Source of the DNA: an uncultured Clostridia bacterium | GTDB taxonomy: Bacteria > Bacillota > Clostridia > Christensenellales > UBA1242 | Assembly (NCBI GenBank): GCA_937925475.1 | Contig: CALEWH010000006.1 | Location: forward strand, 15,490-79,489 | Length of the DNA: 64,000 nucleotides | Direction of reading: 5' to 3' | Part shown: positions 37,161 to 47,650 of the stretch, one piece after another | Layout: every line of letters begins with the position of its first letter | Numbering within the stretch: the first letter of the stretch is position 1 | Position numbers and translations under genes: made by a program | The notes under the pieces: model-generated | Told to the model about the DNA's origin: nothing | Database searches by the model: none | The model's input: only the letters and a program-made list of their open reading frames with translations

Positions 37161-38477
37161 CTAAATATCCAATTTGTTTTTGTTAATATCCTCTAAAATA
37201 CACTTTTTCGACAAATCATACAGCATAAGATTTTTTTGTTTTTTATCTCTAATGTCAGAATATTCGCCCAGATTTATAAGACCCATATTACTCGACATAG
37301 GTTGGAACGATGACGGATTGGCATTGGATATATAATGCGACAAAGCACCTATCATTGTGTGAATATCCCACTTTATAGGATCTTGTCCCGACATCATGCG
37401 TGCCATATTTATTCCACACACAAGTCCACTACTTATACTCTCAATGTATCCTTCTACTCCGCTAAGTTGACCTGCAATAAAAACATTTGGATATTTTTTC
37501 ATTTGATAATTGTCAATGCTTAGTGGTGAATTAATATATGTATTTCGGTGCATAGTCCCATATCTCAAAAACTCAGCATTTTTAAGCCCTGGGATAAGTG
37601 AGAAAATGCGTTTTTGCTCAGGATATGTAAGATTGGTCTGAAATCCGACCATATTGTAATAATCATTGTGGACTGTTTCCCTGCGAAGTTGGACGACCGC
37701 ATAAGGTCGCTTTCCAGTGTGTGGATCTATAATCCCGACAGGTTTTAGTGGCCCAAAACGCATTGTATCCACCCCGCGTTTTGCAAGCACTTCAATCGGC
37801 ATACATCCTTCAAAAACCTTGTGATTTTCAAAGTCACGCAGTTTTACAATTTCGCCATTAACAAGTTCTTTTTGAAACAACAAATATTCGTCCTTTTCAA
37901 AAGGCAAATTGATATAATCACTTGTTCCTTTGCCATAGCGGTCGGCCTCAAAAGCGATATTAAAGTCTATTGTATCGTAATTTACGATAGGCGCTATCGC
38001 ATCAAAAAAGTACAGATAATCCTCACCTATAAGGTTTTTTATAGTATCGCTTAGTCCTTCGCTGGTCAGAGGTCCTGTCGCGATTATTGTAGGAGAACTT
38101 GTATCTATATCTGTGACTTCTTCTTCAATCAGATGAAAACCTTTCAAGCCTTTCAGTGTCTTTGTCACAAGTGCACTAAAATCGTCACGATTGACTGCGA
38201 GAGCATTGCCCGCAGGAACACGCGTGCTATCGGCACACTTAATAACAAGAGAGTCAAGTAGTCTTAACTCATTTTTAAGTATGCCACCTGCTGTGGCTGG
38301 GTCGTCACTTTTTAGGCTGTTGCTACAAACAAGTTCGCATAGGTTTGGGTTTTTATGAGCGGGAGAAAACTTGACAGGCTTCATTTCGTACATCTCGACT
38401 TCAAAACCGCGTTTTAAAAGTTGATATGCCGCTTCACAGCCCGCAAGTCCCCCACCTATTATTTTAATTGGTTTCAT
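37161..38477 (-). CDS. trmFO: Methylenetetrahydrofolate--tRNA-(uracil54-C5)-methyltransferase TrmFO
   Basis: 438 aa with the FAD loop IIGGGLAGCEAA, sitting between topA and hslV as gid does in Bacillus. Confidence 0.95.
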   Translation of the reverse strand: MKPIKIIGGGLAGCEAAYQLLKRGFEVEMYEMKPVKFSPAHKNPNLCELVCSNSLKSDDPATAGGILKNELRLLDSLVIKCADSTRVPAGNALAVNRDDFSALVTKTLKGLKGFHLIEEEVTDIDTSSPTIIATGPLTSEGLSDTIKNLIGEDYLYFFDAIAPIVNYDTIDFNIAFEADRYGKGTSDYINLPFEKDEYLLFQKELVNGEIVKLRDFENHKVFEGCMPIEVLAKRGVDTMRFGPLKPVGIIDPHTGKRPYAVVQLRRETVHNDYYNMVGFQTNLTYPEQKRIFSLIPGLKNAEFLRYGTMHRNTYINSPLSIDNYQMKKYPNVFIAGQLSGVEGYIESISSGLVCGINMARMMSGQDPIKWDIHTMIGALSHYISNANPSSFQPMSSNMGLINLGEYSDIRDKKQKNLMLYDLSKKCILEDINKNKLDI

Positions 38478-40602
38478 TATCTACGGGATTTTCCTTATTC
38501 TCTTTTTCGATTTTGACATACTCGACATAGTCGCAAGCGTCATTGCTACATTTCTTTCTAAGATTTGTACCCATTTTCTTTGCTGTCAAATAACTATTGC
38601 ACTTTGGGCACTTCTCTTCAAGTGGGGCCTCCCACGATACAAAATCACACTCAGGATAACCGCTACAACCAAAGAAAATGTTTCCTTTTTTGCTCTTCTT
38701 TTCGTAAACAGGTTTGCCACATTTTGGACACACGCCCGCTTGTTTTTGCATACTCATAATGTTTTTGCATTTTGGATAATTACTACATGCCAAAAATTCG
38801 CCATACTTGCCAGTACGAATAACCATTTCGCTTCCGCACTTGTCACACTTGATATCAGTGTGTTTTGGTGGCAACTTGAATTTTGTGCCGTCATGGTCTG
38901 CACCACTTAGTTGTTTGACAAAGTCTTGATAAAAGTCGGCTACAAAGTCTTGCCAAGGAATACCTTCTTCGGCTACTTTATCGAGTTTTTCTTCCATATC
39001 GGCTGTAAACTTTGTGTCTGCAATAGTATTGAAATACTTTTCCATAAACTCATTTACACGCTCGCCAAGTTCGGTCGGTTTTATCGCCTTGCCTTCTTTT
39101 TCGATATACTTTCTACTGCTCAAAGTCGATATTGTAGGAGTATATGTTGCGGGACGACCTATTCCTTTATCTTCCATCTCTTTTACAATTGTTGCTTCGG
39201 TGTATCGTGGAAGCGGTTTTGTAAACTTTTGAGCAGGGATTAGTTCGTTGACCTTTAATACATCGCCTGTGTTTAGCGGTGGAAGTTTGGCATTTGCACC
39301 TTCTTCTTCGTCGTCTGTTTGGGCGTCTTTCTTCTTTTTCGACACTTCATACAACTTTGTAAATCCGTCAAATACAGTGGTTTTGCCCGACGCCTTAAAC
39401 TCGTACTCGCCATTGTTGATTTGTGCTACAACTTGGTCATACTCAGCATCAGCCATTTGGCACGCCAAGAATTTGGTGTAAATCATATTGTAAAGTTTGT
39501 AGTTGTCAGGCGACAAAAATGGCTTAACACTCTCTGGTGTGCGCTCGATGTGTATAGGTCTTATGGCTTCGTGCGCATCTTGGGCATTGGACTTTGTCTT
39601 ATACACATTTGGAGTCTTTGGCAAATACTTATCACCAAACTTCTCTTGAATATAATTTCGAGCCATTGTGATTGACTCAGGGCTAAGTCTAACCGAGTCA
39701 GTACGGATATATGTCACAAGCGCAACCTTGCCTTCACCTTTTATCTCGACACCTTCGTATAGTTCTTGGGCACAAGATGTTGTCTTTTTAAGACTCATCC
39801 CCAATTTATTTAGCGCGTCTTGTTGCATTGTTGATGTAGTGTATGGTGGTGTCGGATGCGATTTTGTAAGGGACTTTTTAACATTGCCCACTACAAAACT
39901 GCCATCTTTTAGAGCGTTTAGAGTTTCGTCCATTTGCTCTTTTGATGATATTGACACCTTCTTGCCATTCTTCTTTACTAGTGACGACTTAAAAGTGTCC
40001 TTTTCAGAGAAATTGAATAGTTTTGCAACAAGTGTCCAGTACTCTTCGCTTTTAAAATTGCGGATTTCGTTTTCTCTATCAACTATAAGTTTTAAGGTCG
40101 CACTTTGCACTCTACCTGCCGACAATTTAGGTTGGATCTTTCGACATAGGATTGGAGATATTTTATAACCTACTAGCCTATCAAGTACTCTGCGTGCTTG
40201 TTGGGCATTAACAAGGTTTATATCGATCCCGCGTGGGTGCGCAAGTCCATTTGTAACAGCGTTTTTACTGATTTCGTTGAACACGATACGAATAGGGTCA
40301 TTTATATTTAGGTCAAGAATGTTGCACAAGTGCCAACTTATCGCCTCTCCTTCTCTATCGGGGTCGGTCGCAAGATATATCCTATCAGCCTTTGACGCCT
40401 TCTCTCTCAACATCTTAACTATATCTTTTTTATCGGCTATTATCTCATATTGCGGTTTGAAATTGTCTAATACATTTACTGCAAGAAGATTGCTTGGCAA
40501 ATCGCGAACATGACCTTTCGTCGCAACAACTTCGTAGTCATTTCCTAAGTACTTTTTTATAGTGTCCTTTTTACCAACACCTTCTATTATTACTAAATTC
40601 AT
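38464..40602 (-). CDS. topA: DNA topoisomerase I
   Basis: 712 aa with a TOPRIM N-terminus (LVIIEGVGKKDTI, DPDREGE), the catalytic Tyr region and C-terminal CxxC zinc ribbons. Confidence 0.97.
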   Translation of the reverse strand: MNLVIIEGVGKKDTIKKYLGNDYEVVATKGHVRDLPSNLLAVNVLDNFKPQYEIIADKKDIVKMLREKASKADRIYLATDPDREGEAISWHLCNILDLNINDPIRIVFNEISKNAVTNGLAHPRGIDINLVNAQQARRVLDRLVGYKISPILCRKIQPKLSAGRVQSATLKLIVDRENEIRNFKSEEYWTLVAKLFNFSEKDTFKSSLVKKNGKKVSISSKEQMDETLNALKDGSFVVGNVKKSLTKSHPTPPYTTSTMQQDALNKLGMSLKKTTSCAQELYEGVEIKGEGKVALVTYIRTDSVRLSPESITMARNYIQEKFGDKYLPKTPNVYKTKSNAQDAHEAIRPIHIERTPESVKPFLSPDNYKLYNMIYTKFLACQMADAEYDQVVAQINNGEYEFKASGKTTVFDGFTKLYEVSKKKKDAQTDDEEEGANAKLPPLNTGDVLKVNELIPAQKFTKPLPRYTEATIVKEMEDKGIGRPATYTPTISTLSSRKYIEKEGKAIKPTELGERVNEFMEKYFNTIADTKFTADMEEKLDKVAEEGIPWQDFVADFYQDFVKQLSGADHDGTKFKLPPKHTDIKCDKCGSEMVIRTGKYGEFLACSNYPKCKNIMSMQKQAGVCPKCGKPVYEKKSKKGNIFFGCSGYPECDFVSWEAPLEEKCPKCNSYLTAKKMGTNLRKKCSNDACDYVEYVKIEKENKENPVDNETN

Positions 40603-40611
40603 TATTTCTCC

Positions 40612-41709
40612 TTATTTTCTATAATAATTACCTGGAAGTTTTGTAATTACACCTTTAAGTTCGAGCCTCATAAGCAAAGTGCTTAGGCGTTTTGGCTCTA
40701 TGCCCAGTTTTCGCACAAGGTCTTCATAGTGTACTTCATCTGTTTTTAGTGTGTCAAGTATCAACTGCTCTTCCATAGTAAGTTGTTCGACAACAACTTG
40801 TGTTTTGCACGCTTCTTTGCCATATGCTCTTATTATTTCATCAGGATCAAGCACCATAGCACTTTGGCAGTTTTTGATAACCATATTACAACCTTTGCTG
40901 TATATGTCTGTAATACGACCCGGAACTACATACAAATCACGATTGTTTTCGAGTGCATACTCTTTTGTGTGCATACTGCCACTCTTTTCGGTGGCTTCGG
41001 TGATAAGCACACCTGTACTTATGCCCGCAACAATCCTATTGCGTGCTGGGAAATAGTATCTTTGTGGCTTAACATTTGGCTTGTATTCGCTAATTATAAG
41101 TCCACCATTATTGACTATCCTTTCTGCCAAAGGTGTGTTTGTGGCAGGATATATGTTGTTTAGACCACCGCCCAAAACAGCGATAGTTTTGCCACCAACA
41201 TCAAGGCATGTACTATGTGCGACAGAGTCAACACCATCACACAAACCGCTCACTATGGTTATGCCCGATTTTGCTATCTCGCGTGTAAACATCGCTGTAA
41301 CATCCTTGCCATAACGAGTACAACGGCGTGTTCCGACCACAGCAAGACAAGGCGAATTGAGAAGTCCAACATCACCCTTGCAATATAGCATAATTGGCGG
41401 ACTGTTTGTTTCTCTTAAAAGCCGACTAAAACTGTCTGACAAAATAGAAACAAACTTGATATTTTGGTTGTCAAAATTTTTAATATAGTTGTTTAGAAAA
41501 TTTTCGTCACGGGCAAAACTCATTTTGTCATATGTGCCTTCGTCGATTATTTTCAATATACTTGATTTGTCTTTGTCCCAGTTTTGCCAAAGCTCTTCTG
41601 GGTCAAAATACATATCCAACAACTGATGCATCTTTTTAAGGCTTATATTGTCAAATATACTAAGCCATATTAGTACTTTTTCTTTCTTGTTATACATATC
41701 TAATTCCAA
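40612..41709 (-). CDS. dprA: DNA processing protein DprA (Smf)
   Basis: 365 aa with the Rossmann-like core VVGTRRCTRYG and GLCDGVDSVAH. Confidence 0.9.
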   Translation of the reverse strand: MELDMYNKKEKVLIWLSIFDNISLKKMHQLLDMYFDPEELWQNWDKDKSSILKIIDEGTYDKMSFARDENFLNNYIKNFDNQNIKFVSILSDSFSRLLRETNSPPIMLYCKGDVGLLNSPCLAVVGTRRCTRYGKDVTAMFTREIAKSGITIVSGLCDGVDSVAHSTCLDVGGKTIAVLGGGLNNIYPATNTPLAERIVNNGGLIISEYKPNVKPQRYYFPARNRIVAGISTGVLITEATEKSGSMHTKEYALENNRDLYVVPGRITDIYSKGCNMVIKNCQSAMVLDPDEIIRAYGKEACKTQVVVEQLTMEEQLILDTLKTDEVHYEDLVRKLGIEPKRLSTLLMRLELKGVITKLPGNYYRK

Positions 41710-43232
41710 TATTTTTTATCCAAAGTGCGATATGATATCGCTTCGATTATGTGGTCATCGGTGATGTTTTCCGAGCCTTCCAAATCGGCAATTGTGCGTG
41801 CAACCTTCAATATTCGATTGTACGCCCTTGCACTCAAATTTAGTTTTTCAAATGCACTTCTTAGCAAACTATCGCTCTCAAAGGAGAGTTTGCAATACTC
41901 TTTCAATTGTTGGTCGTCCATTTTTGAGTTTGAATAAATGTTTGTGCCTTTATATCTATTTAGTTGGATTTCGCGGGCTTTATCAACTCGCTTTTTTATC
42001 TCAGCGCTTGTTTCTTCATAAACACTACTTGTAAGGTCGCTATATGTCACATTATCAACTTCAATATGCATATCTATCCTATCCATTAATGGACCACTCA
42101 GTTTGTTTAGATACTTGTGGATTTGTTGGGGTGTGCACTTACACTCCTTGTCTTTACTTCCATAATTTCCGCAAGGACAAGGGTTCATACTGGCTATCAA
42201 CATAAAGTTTGCGGGATACTCGATTGTATTTTCTATTCGTGTGATATTAATTACACCATCTTCAAGTGGTTGGCGCAAGGTTTCTAGTGTGTGTCTCGAA
42301 TACTCGGGAAGTTCGTCCAAAAACAACACGCCATTATGCGACAAACTCACCTCTCCTGGTTTGGCGTACTTGCCACCGCCTGTAAGCGAAACTGTTGTGG
42401 CTGTGTGGTGCGGAGAACGGAATGGTCGTGTGGTTATGATTCCTTCCTTGCTATCTAGCACGCCCGCAATACTATGTATCTTGGTCACTTCAAGTGCTTC
42501 GCTAAATGTAAGGTCAGGAAGAATAGACGGAAAACACTTTGCAAGCATTGTTTTGCCACTTCCCGGTGGACCTATCATAAGCACATTATGTCCACCTGCT
42601 GCCGCTATTTCAAGAGCGCGTTTTGCACTGCTTTGACCTTTTACAAACTTGAAGTCGTGGGTTTTGCCGTACTTGCGCATCGCTTGACTAAAATCACTTT
42701 TTTGTGTAGGCAAAATTTGTTTGTCACCTTTCAAAAACTCCACTGTTTCAGAAAGTGACGAAACTGCATATATCTCCATTCCTTCAATAAAACTGGCTTC
42801 TATTTCGTTTTCCTTTGGAAGAATAACTTTTTTAAAACCCGCTTCCCTAGCAGCGATAAGGATTGGCAAAACGCCATTGATGTGTCTAACATCACCATCT
42901 AGGCTAAGTTCGCCAAGGAAAATGTAGTCTTTGGAAAGACCAACATCAAGTTGTTCGGAGGCTGATAAAATGCCAATTGCTATTGCCAAATCATACAAAG
43001 GGCCTTCTTTTCTAGTGTCGGCTGGGGCAAGATTAACAATAATCTTCATAACGGGATATTTAAAACCGCTATTTTTTATAGCACTTCTTACACGCTCTTT
43101 ACTCTCTTTTATTGATGTGCCGACAAGACCTACAATGTCATATGCTGGCAAACCTTGATTGATGTCGACTTCAACTTTTATCAAATATCCGTCAATTCCG
43201 TTTAAACCAAAACTCTTTGTAATAGACAGCAT
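41700..43232 (-). CDS. comM: YifB/ComM family Mg-chelatase-like AAA+ ATPase
   Basis: 510 aa with a Lon-like N-domain, Walker A GPPGSGKTM and Walker B VLFLDE. Confidence 0.9.
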   Translation of the reverse strand: MLSITKSFGLNGIDGYLIKVEVDINQGLPAYDIVGLVGTSIKESKERVRSAIKNSGFKYPVMKIIVNLAPADTRKEGPLYDLAIAIGILSASEQLDVGLSKDYIFLGELSLDGDVRHINGVLPILIAAREAGFKKVILPKENEIEASFIEGMEIYAVSSLSETVEFLKGDKQILPTQKSDFSQAMRKYGKTHDFKFVKGQSSAKRALEIAAAGGHNVLMIGPPGSGKTMLAKCFPSILPDLTFSEALEVTKIHSIAGVLDSKEGIITTRPFRSPHHTATTVSLTGGGKYAKPGEVSLSHNGVLFLDELPEYSRHTLETLRQPLEDGVINITRIENTIEYPANFMLIASMNPCPCGNYGSKDKECKCTPQQIHKYLNKLSGPLMDRIDMHIEVDNVTYSDLTSSVYEETSAEIKKRVDKAREIQLNRYKGTNIYSNSKMDDQQLKEYCKLSFESDSLLRSAFEKLNLSARAYNRILKVARTIADLEGSENITDDHIIEAISYRTLDKKYWN

Positions 43233-43347
43233 TTTTACCTCACAAATATAAAAATATTATAATACCTTTTGTGGATTTAGCCAAACGAATAACAAGCAAA
43301 ATGACATATAATTGGTTATGTATATTAATATATAAGAGCGCGGGCAT

Positions 43348-43372
43348 AAAAAAAGACACTATAAATAGTGTC
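43348..43372 (-). terminator. Rho-independent terminator of rplS
   Basis: Reverse strand reads GACACUA-uuua-UAGUGUC followed by UUUUUUU. Confidence 0.7.
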
Positions 43373-43379
43373 ATTTTTA

Positions 43380-43721
43380 TTACTTTTTCTCTCTAATTTT
43401 AGCAGCCTTACCAGACAAATCACGAAGATAGTATAGTTTTGCGCGTCTAACTTTACCATGTTTTACAACTTCAATCTTATCAACTCTTGGAGAATGGATT
43501 GGGAATGTTTTCTCAACGCCTACACCAAAAGAAACGCGTCTAACTGTAAATGTTTCTCTTACGCTAGAATTTTTTCTAGCAATAACGATACCTTCAAAAA
43601 CTTGAATTCTTTCCCTAGTACCCTCAACGATTTTGTTGTAAACTCTAACTGTGTCACCAACTGCAAACTCAGGTACTTCTGGTTTTAGGTTTTCTCTTTC
43701 TAGTGCTTGAATAATTGTCAT
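43380..43721 (-). CDS. rplS: 50S ribosomal protein L19
   Basis: 113 aa with [32 protein letters not shown]. Confidence 0.97.
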   Translation of the reverse strand: MTIIQALERENLKPEVPEFAVGDTVRVYNKIVEGTRERIQVFEGIVIARKNSSVRETFTVRRVSFGVGVEKTFPIHSPRVDKIEVVKHGKVRRAKLYYLRDLSGKAAKIREKK

Positions 43722-43788
43722 TGACTTTACCTCCTATCATACTTGATGTTCGTGCAATCAATACAGAGGACCATCCGAAGTCTATGCT

Positions 43789-43817
43789 ATAATATCACAT
43801 ACTTGGCTTTTTTTCAA
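43789..43817 (-). promoter_or_regulatory. Sigma-A promoter (extended -10) of rplS
   Basis: Reverse strand reads TTGAAA (43817..43812), a 17-nt spacer ending in TGa, then TATTAT (43794..43789). The leader is about 60 nt. Confidence 0.6.
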
Positions 43818-43945
43818 GTGTTTTTTTACATTTTTTTACATTTTTATTATTTTATTAATTCTTTCGTGTTTTTATTCGAATTTTCCACAAAAATAAGTTG
43901 ACAGATTGTCCTAAATAAAGGTGATTTTCACACTTTTGCACAGTA

Positions 43946-44293
43946 CTAAAAAGCATTGGGCAAATGCGTGATTTTTTCACCCACAATTTCTATCACATCA
44001 AATCTAATCGGCACAGTATCAATCAGCCGATTTTTTTTAAGATAAGCAAGTGCTGTTGTTCTGATTTTTGATTGTTTTCTCGCTCCAACCATCTCGCGCG
44101 GTAAACCATACAAGAGATTGTCTTTATACTTTACTTCGACAAAAACCAAAGTATCTTTGTCCTTTGCTATAAGGTCTATCTCACCTATCGAATTGCGATA
44201 ATTGCACTCGACAATCTTATATCCTTTTTTCATCAGATATTCGAGTGCCATATGCTCGCCTATTGTGCCCTTTACTTTATTATATTGTTTCAT
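43946..44293 (-). CDS. yraN: YraN family (UPF0102) endonuclease-like protein
   Basis: 115 aa with GEHMALEYLMKKGYKIVECNYRNSIGEIDLIA and VFVEVKYK. Confidence 0.85.
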   Translation of the reverse strand: MKQYNKVKGTIGEHMALEYLMKKGYKIVECNYRNSIGEIDLIAKDKDTLVFVEVKYKDNLLYGLPREMVGARKQSKIRTTALAYLKKNRLIDTVPIRFDVIEIVGEKITHLPNAF

Positions 44294-44901
44294 TTGTCAC
44301 TATCCACAAAGTTTTTTATAAATGTGTCGCGATGAATTGCACACTTGCCATATTTTTTTAGTGCTTCGATATGCTCTTTTGTGCCATAACCTTTATGCTT
44401 TTTAAAGTTGTACTCGGGATATTCTTGGTCTAATCTACACATAAGTCTATCACGAGTAACTTTTGCAAGTATAGATGCGCACGCAATGTTATAACTTAGT
44501 GCATCACCATGTATTATACTTTCAGTGGGCACATTTGTATCAATTTTGACCGCATCAATAAGTACAAGATCTGGCTTTATTTTAAGGTTTTCGATACAAT
44601 TTTTCATACCTTGTTTTGTTGCATTTAAAATATTGATCTCATCAATGGTCTTATTGTCAATAAGCGAAATATTGTAATCTAGTGCAAGGTCTATGATTTG
44701 GTCATATAGTTTTTCGCGCTTCTTTTCGCTTAACTTTTTGCTATCGTTTACTTCTTCTAATACGGGTGACTTTGGCATAACAACAATCGCCACCGAAACA
44801 GGTCCAGCAAGCGGACCCCTGCCCGCTTCATCAATGCCCGCAATAAGATCTAGCCCTTGCGCATAGTATTTACTCTCATAATCAAGCATTTTGTTCTCCA
44901 A
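44290..44901 (-). CDS. rnhB: Ribonuclease HII
   Basis: 203 aa with GIDEAGRGPLAGPV and DSKKLS. Confidence 0.95.
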   Translation of the reverse strand: MENKMLDYESKYYAQGLDLIAGIDEAGRGPLAGPVSVAIVVMPKSPVLEEVNDSKKLSEKKREKLYDQIIDLALDYNISLIDNKTIDEINILNATKQGMKNCIENLKIKPDLVLIDAVKIDTNVPTESIIHGDALSYNIACASILAKVTRDRLMCRLDQEYPEYNFKKHKGYGTKEHIEALKKYGKCAIHRDTFIKNFVDSDK

Positions 44902-45781
44902 GTTTTTTGCGGTCTTTTATTGTAAGTCTTTTGATATCTTTTACACTTTCCAGTGTGATATTGCCTAGTTTGCCCGCTTTAAAGTCATTGATAAGCATAT
45001 ATGCTCCACGGTCATAATCAATATCGTTACCTTTTAAAATGCACTTTTTGGCTACGCAGATACTCTCCAATATTTCAAGATTTGTCATCTCATCATCGAT
45101 ACTAATCATGTAGCGTTTTTCCAAAATTGTCTTATCAAGTCGACGCATATCACCTATAAAGTCTAACGACAACTCAGGAATATCGACCACATTTTCACTT
45201 ATAGACCCAATGTATGCCAAGTGGTGTGCAACTTGATTGTTGTCAAATGCTGGCCACAATGTTCCTGGGGTGTCCAAAATTTCAAGATATGGATTAATGC
45301 GCACCCATTGTTTAGCGCGCGTAACCCCCGGCTTATTTCCAGTCATTGTTTTGGCTTTTCCTACAAGGTTGTTGACAAGCGTGCTCTTTCCGCTATTTGG
45401 CACTCCAACTACCATTGCTCGCAAAATAACCTTAACACCCTTTTTCTCGTATTTCTCGATTTTGACTTTGTTTAGGTTTTTTATCGCACTTATAATGTCT
45501 TTGCAGTTTCCACTAGTTGTGCTATTTGTAGACAAGCAAACAGTGTTTTCTTTTTTAAACCACTTTTGCCACTCCCTAACTTTTTCTTCGTCAGCCATAT
45601 CACATTTATTGAAAACATAAATGATAGGTTTGCCGTCTATCAAGGACGCAAACTTTGGATTAACGCACGAAAAAGGCGCGCGACTATCAAGCACATAAAT
45701 CACCGCGTCCACAATTTTTATTTCGTTTTCCATCATTTTTAGGGCTTTATTCATATGCCCCGGAAACCATTGGATTATCAT
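44882..45781 (-). CDS. rbgA: Ribosome biogenesis GTPase A (YlqF/RbgA)
   Basis: 299-aa circularly permuted GTPase (NKCDM, then GVPNSGKSTL, then DTPG). Confidence 0.9.
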   Translation of the reverse strand: MIIQWFPGHMNKALKMMENEIKIVDAVIYVLDSRAPFSCVNPKFASLIDGKPIIYVFNKCDMADEEKVREWQKWFKKENTVCLSTNSTTSGNCKDIISAIKNLNKVKIEKYEKKGVKVILRAMVVGVPNSGKSTLVNNLVGKAKTMTGNKPGVTRAKQWVRINPYLEILDTPGTLWPAFDNNQVAHHLAYIGSISENVVDIPELSLDFIGDMRRLDKTILEKRYMISIDDEMTNLEILESICVAKKCILKGNDIDYDRGAYMLINDFKAGKLGNITLESVKDIKRLTIKDRKKLGEQNA

Positions 45782-45791
45782 AACTTTTCCT

Positions 45792-46463
45792 TTATTTTTT
45801 ATCTAGCAAATCTGGTCTATATTTTTTTGTTTCGATTATTTTTTGTTCGGCTTTCCACTTTTCTATTTCTTTGTGATTGCCGTTTAGTAGTACATCAGGC
45901 ACTTTTAGCCCCATAAATTCGCGAGGTCGTGTGTATTGTGGATATTCGAGCAAGTTGTCGCTAAAACTCTCGTCGACCACGCTTGTGTCACTATGCAAAA
46001 CATTTGGGACATATCGCAAAAGCGCGTCAGTAAGCACCATAGCAGGAAGTTCGCCACCAGTAAGCACATAGTCACCTATACTTATTTGTTCGTCGACACA
46101 AAGTTGGATAACTCGCTCGTCGATTCCTTCATAGTGCCCACACACCAAAACCAAGTGATTGATGTTTGACATTTCTTTTACTGTATCTTGTGTCAAAACC
46201 TTGCCCTTTGGCGACATATACACAACATATGCATCATCGTCTTTTACAGACATTATCGCATCATACAATGGTTGGGGCGTCATTATCATTCCGTCACCAC
46301 CGCTGTATGGATAGTCATCGGTCTTGTGGTGTTTTTCTTTACTGAAATCCCTTATGTTTATAATATTAATTTTCACAATTTCCTTTTCAGTTGCTTTGCC
46401 TATAAGACTGGTCTTTAATGGCGCAAACATCTCAGGGAAAATGGTTAGAATATCTATTTGCAT
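45792..46463 (-). CDS. trmD: tRNA (guanine37-N1)-methyltransferase
   Basis: 223 aa with IDILTIFPEMF, DDYPYSGGDGM and GHYEGIDERV. Confidence 0.95.
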   Translation of the reverse strand: MQIDILTIFPEMFAPLKTSLIGKATEKEIVKINIINIRDFSKEKHHKTDDYPYSGGDGMIMTPQPLYDAIMSVKDDDAYVVYMSPKGKVLTQDTVKEMSNINHLVLVCGHYEGIDERVIQLCVDEQISIGDYVLTGGELPAMVLTDALLRYVPNVLHSDTSVVDESFSDNLLEYPQYTRPREFMGLKVPDVLLNGNHKEIEKWKAEQKIIETKKYRPDLLDKK

Positions 46464-46471
46464 TTCTACTC

Positions 46472-46960
46472 CTAATCACATTTGATTTCGTCTAAAATAT
46501 ACTCATCAACATACACTTTTTTGCCCGCTATGTCAATATCTGTTATGACATCTCTGGCATAAGGGAACATAAACTCCCCGCCTTGTGTACTTACTGTAAA
46601 CACATCAGCAGCACCAAATCCATTTACTTCTTTGATCACGCCGATTAGTGTTTTTCTTTGTTTGCTCCACACTTCACAACCTACAAAATCCGACCTAATA
46701 TAGCCAGTTTTTTCGTCTTCGGGCGCATCAAAATATACAGGAACATTTCTTAGTGTTTCTGCATAGTTTCGGTCACTCACTTCATCAACCTTTATCACTA
46801 AAAACCCATCTCTTACTGACATCTTCTCAACTTTACAAGTAAGGTTTTTGATTTCAACAGATTGGACCTTTTTAAAATCAATGTCCCAGTCCTCAGGGCG
46901 TACACGCATTTCTCCTTTGACGCCTTGCGGTTTTGTAATTAGTCCTAGCAATGTTTTCAT
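46472..46960 (-). CDS. rimM: 16S rRNA processing protein RimM
   Basis: 162 aa with GLITKPQGVKGEMRV, directly upstream of trmD. Confidence 0.9.
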   Translation of the reverse strand: MKTLLGLITKPQGVKGEMRVRPEDWDIDFKKVQSVEIKNLTCKVEKMSVRDGFLVIKVDEVSDRNYAETLRNVPVYFDAPEDEKTGYIRSDFVGCEVWSKQRKTLIGVIKEVNGFGAADVFTVSTQGGEFMFPYARDVITDIDIAGKKVYVDEYILDEIKCD

Positions 46961-47013
46961 AATTCACCTCGTTTGTTTCATACATATGATACCACAAATG
47001 TCCATTTATTTAA

Positions 47014-47041
47014 ACAAAAAAATGCTTAAAAATTAAGCATT
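47014..47041 (-). terminator. Weak AT-rich hairpin overlapping the khpA stop
   Basis: AATGCTTAA-aaa-TTAAGCATT is followed by a U-run on the reverse strand. The stem has only two G-C pairs. Confidence 0.35.
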
Positions 47042-47278
47042 TTCTTTTTCGATAATCTTTACAATGTATCGCTTGTTTTCTTTGGTTGTGACGGATTTGA
47101 CTATGGTGCGGATTGCGGTCGCAACTTTTCCATTTCTTCCTATCACTTTTCCCATGTCTTCTGGGTCTACTTTTACAGTAACGACTTTTGTTTTTTCACT
47201 CTCGTCAGCAACAGTAATTTCTACTTGCTCGGGTTTTGATACCAAAGAATTAACCATATATCTCAATAGTTCTTCCAT
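47033..47278 (-). CDS. khpA: KH-domain RNA-binding protein (YlqC/KhpA)
   Basis: 81 aa with VDPEDMGKVIGRNGKVATAIRTIV, located between rpsP and rimM. Confidence 0.88.
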   Translation of the reverse strand: MEELLRYMVNSLVSKPEQVEITVADESEKTKVVTVKVDPEDMGKVIGRNGKVATAIRTIVKSVTTKENKRYIVKIIEKENA

Positions 47279-47289
47279 AGCACCCCCTA

Positions 47290-47586
47290 TTACTTATCTT
47301 CTTTTTTCTTTTTGTCAGTCTTTGGTGCGCGTTTTGCAACAGGTTTTAGAAGTCCTTGGTTTACAAGGATAGTGCGTGCAGTTTCAGTAGGTTGGGCACC
47401 AGTGCCAAGCCAGTATTTTGCTCTTTCAACATCAAGTTTGACTTCAGCTGGATTTGAAAGTGGATTGTAAGTACCAAGTTTTTCAATGTACTCTCCGTCT
47501 CTTGCCTTTCTTGAATCAGTAACAACTACACGATAGAAAGGTGATTTTTTGTCGCCTAGACGAGTTAGTCTGATTTTTACTGCCAT
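47290..47586 (-). CDS. rpsP: 30S ribosomal protein S16
   Basis: ORF 47290..47631 trimmed to ATG 47586, which has an AAGGAG RBS. It begins [22 protein letters not shown] and has a Lys-rich C-terminal extension. Confidence 0.95.
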   Translation of the reverse strand: MAVKIRLTRLGDKKSPFYRVVVTDSRKARDGEYIEKLGTYNPLSNPAEVKLDVERAKYWLGTGAQPTETARTILVNQGLLKPVAKRAPKTDKKKKEDK

Positions 47587-47650
47587 TTTGTGTCTCCTTT
47601 TGTAAAATTTATATATTTTCAATTTTTTCAAAAAAATTGTAAAAAACTAA

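Noticed and set aside
43722-43788. Possible L19 (rplS) autoregulatory leader in the leader of about 60 nt.
   Set aside because: I can only draw short 3-5 bp stems by eye (for example TTGAT...ATCAA). I cannot confirm the known L19-leader fold without a covariance model.
43821-43840. Exact tandem repeat TTTTTTTACA x2 upstream of the rplS promoter.
   Set aside because: It is a low-complexity A/T tract in an AT-rich intergenic region. It could be an UP-like element, but there is no evidence for anything more.
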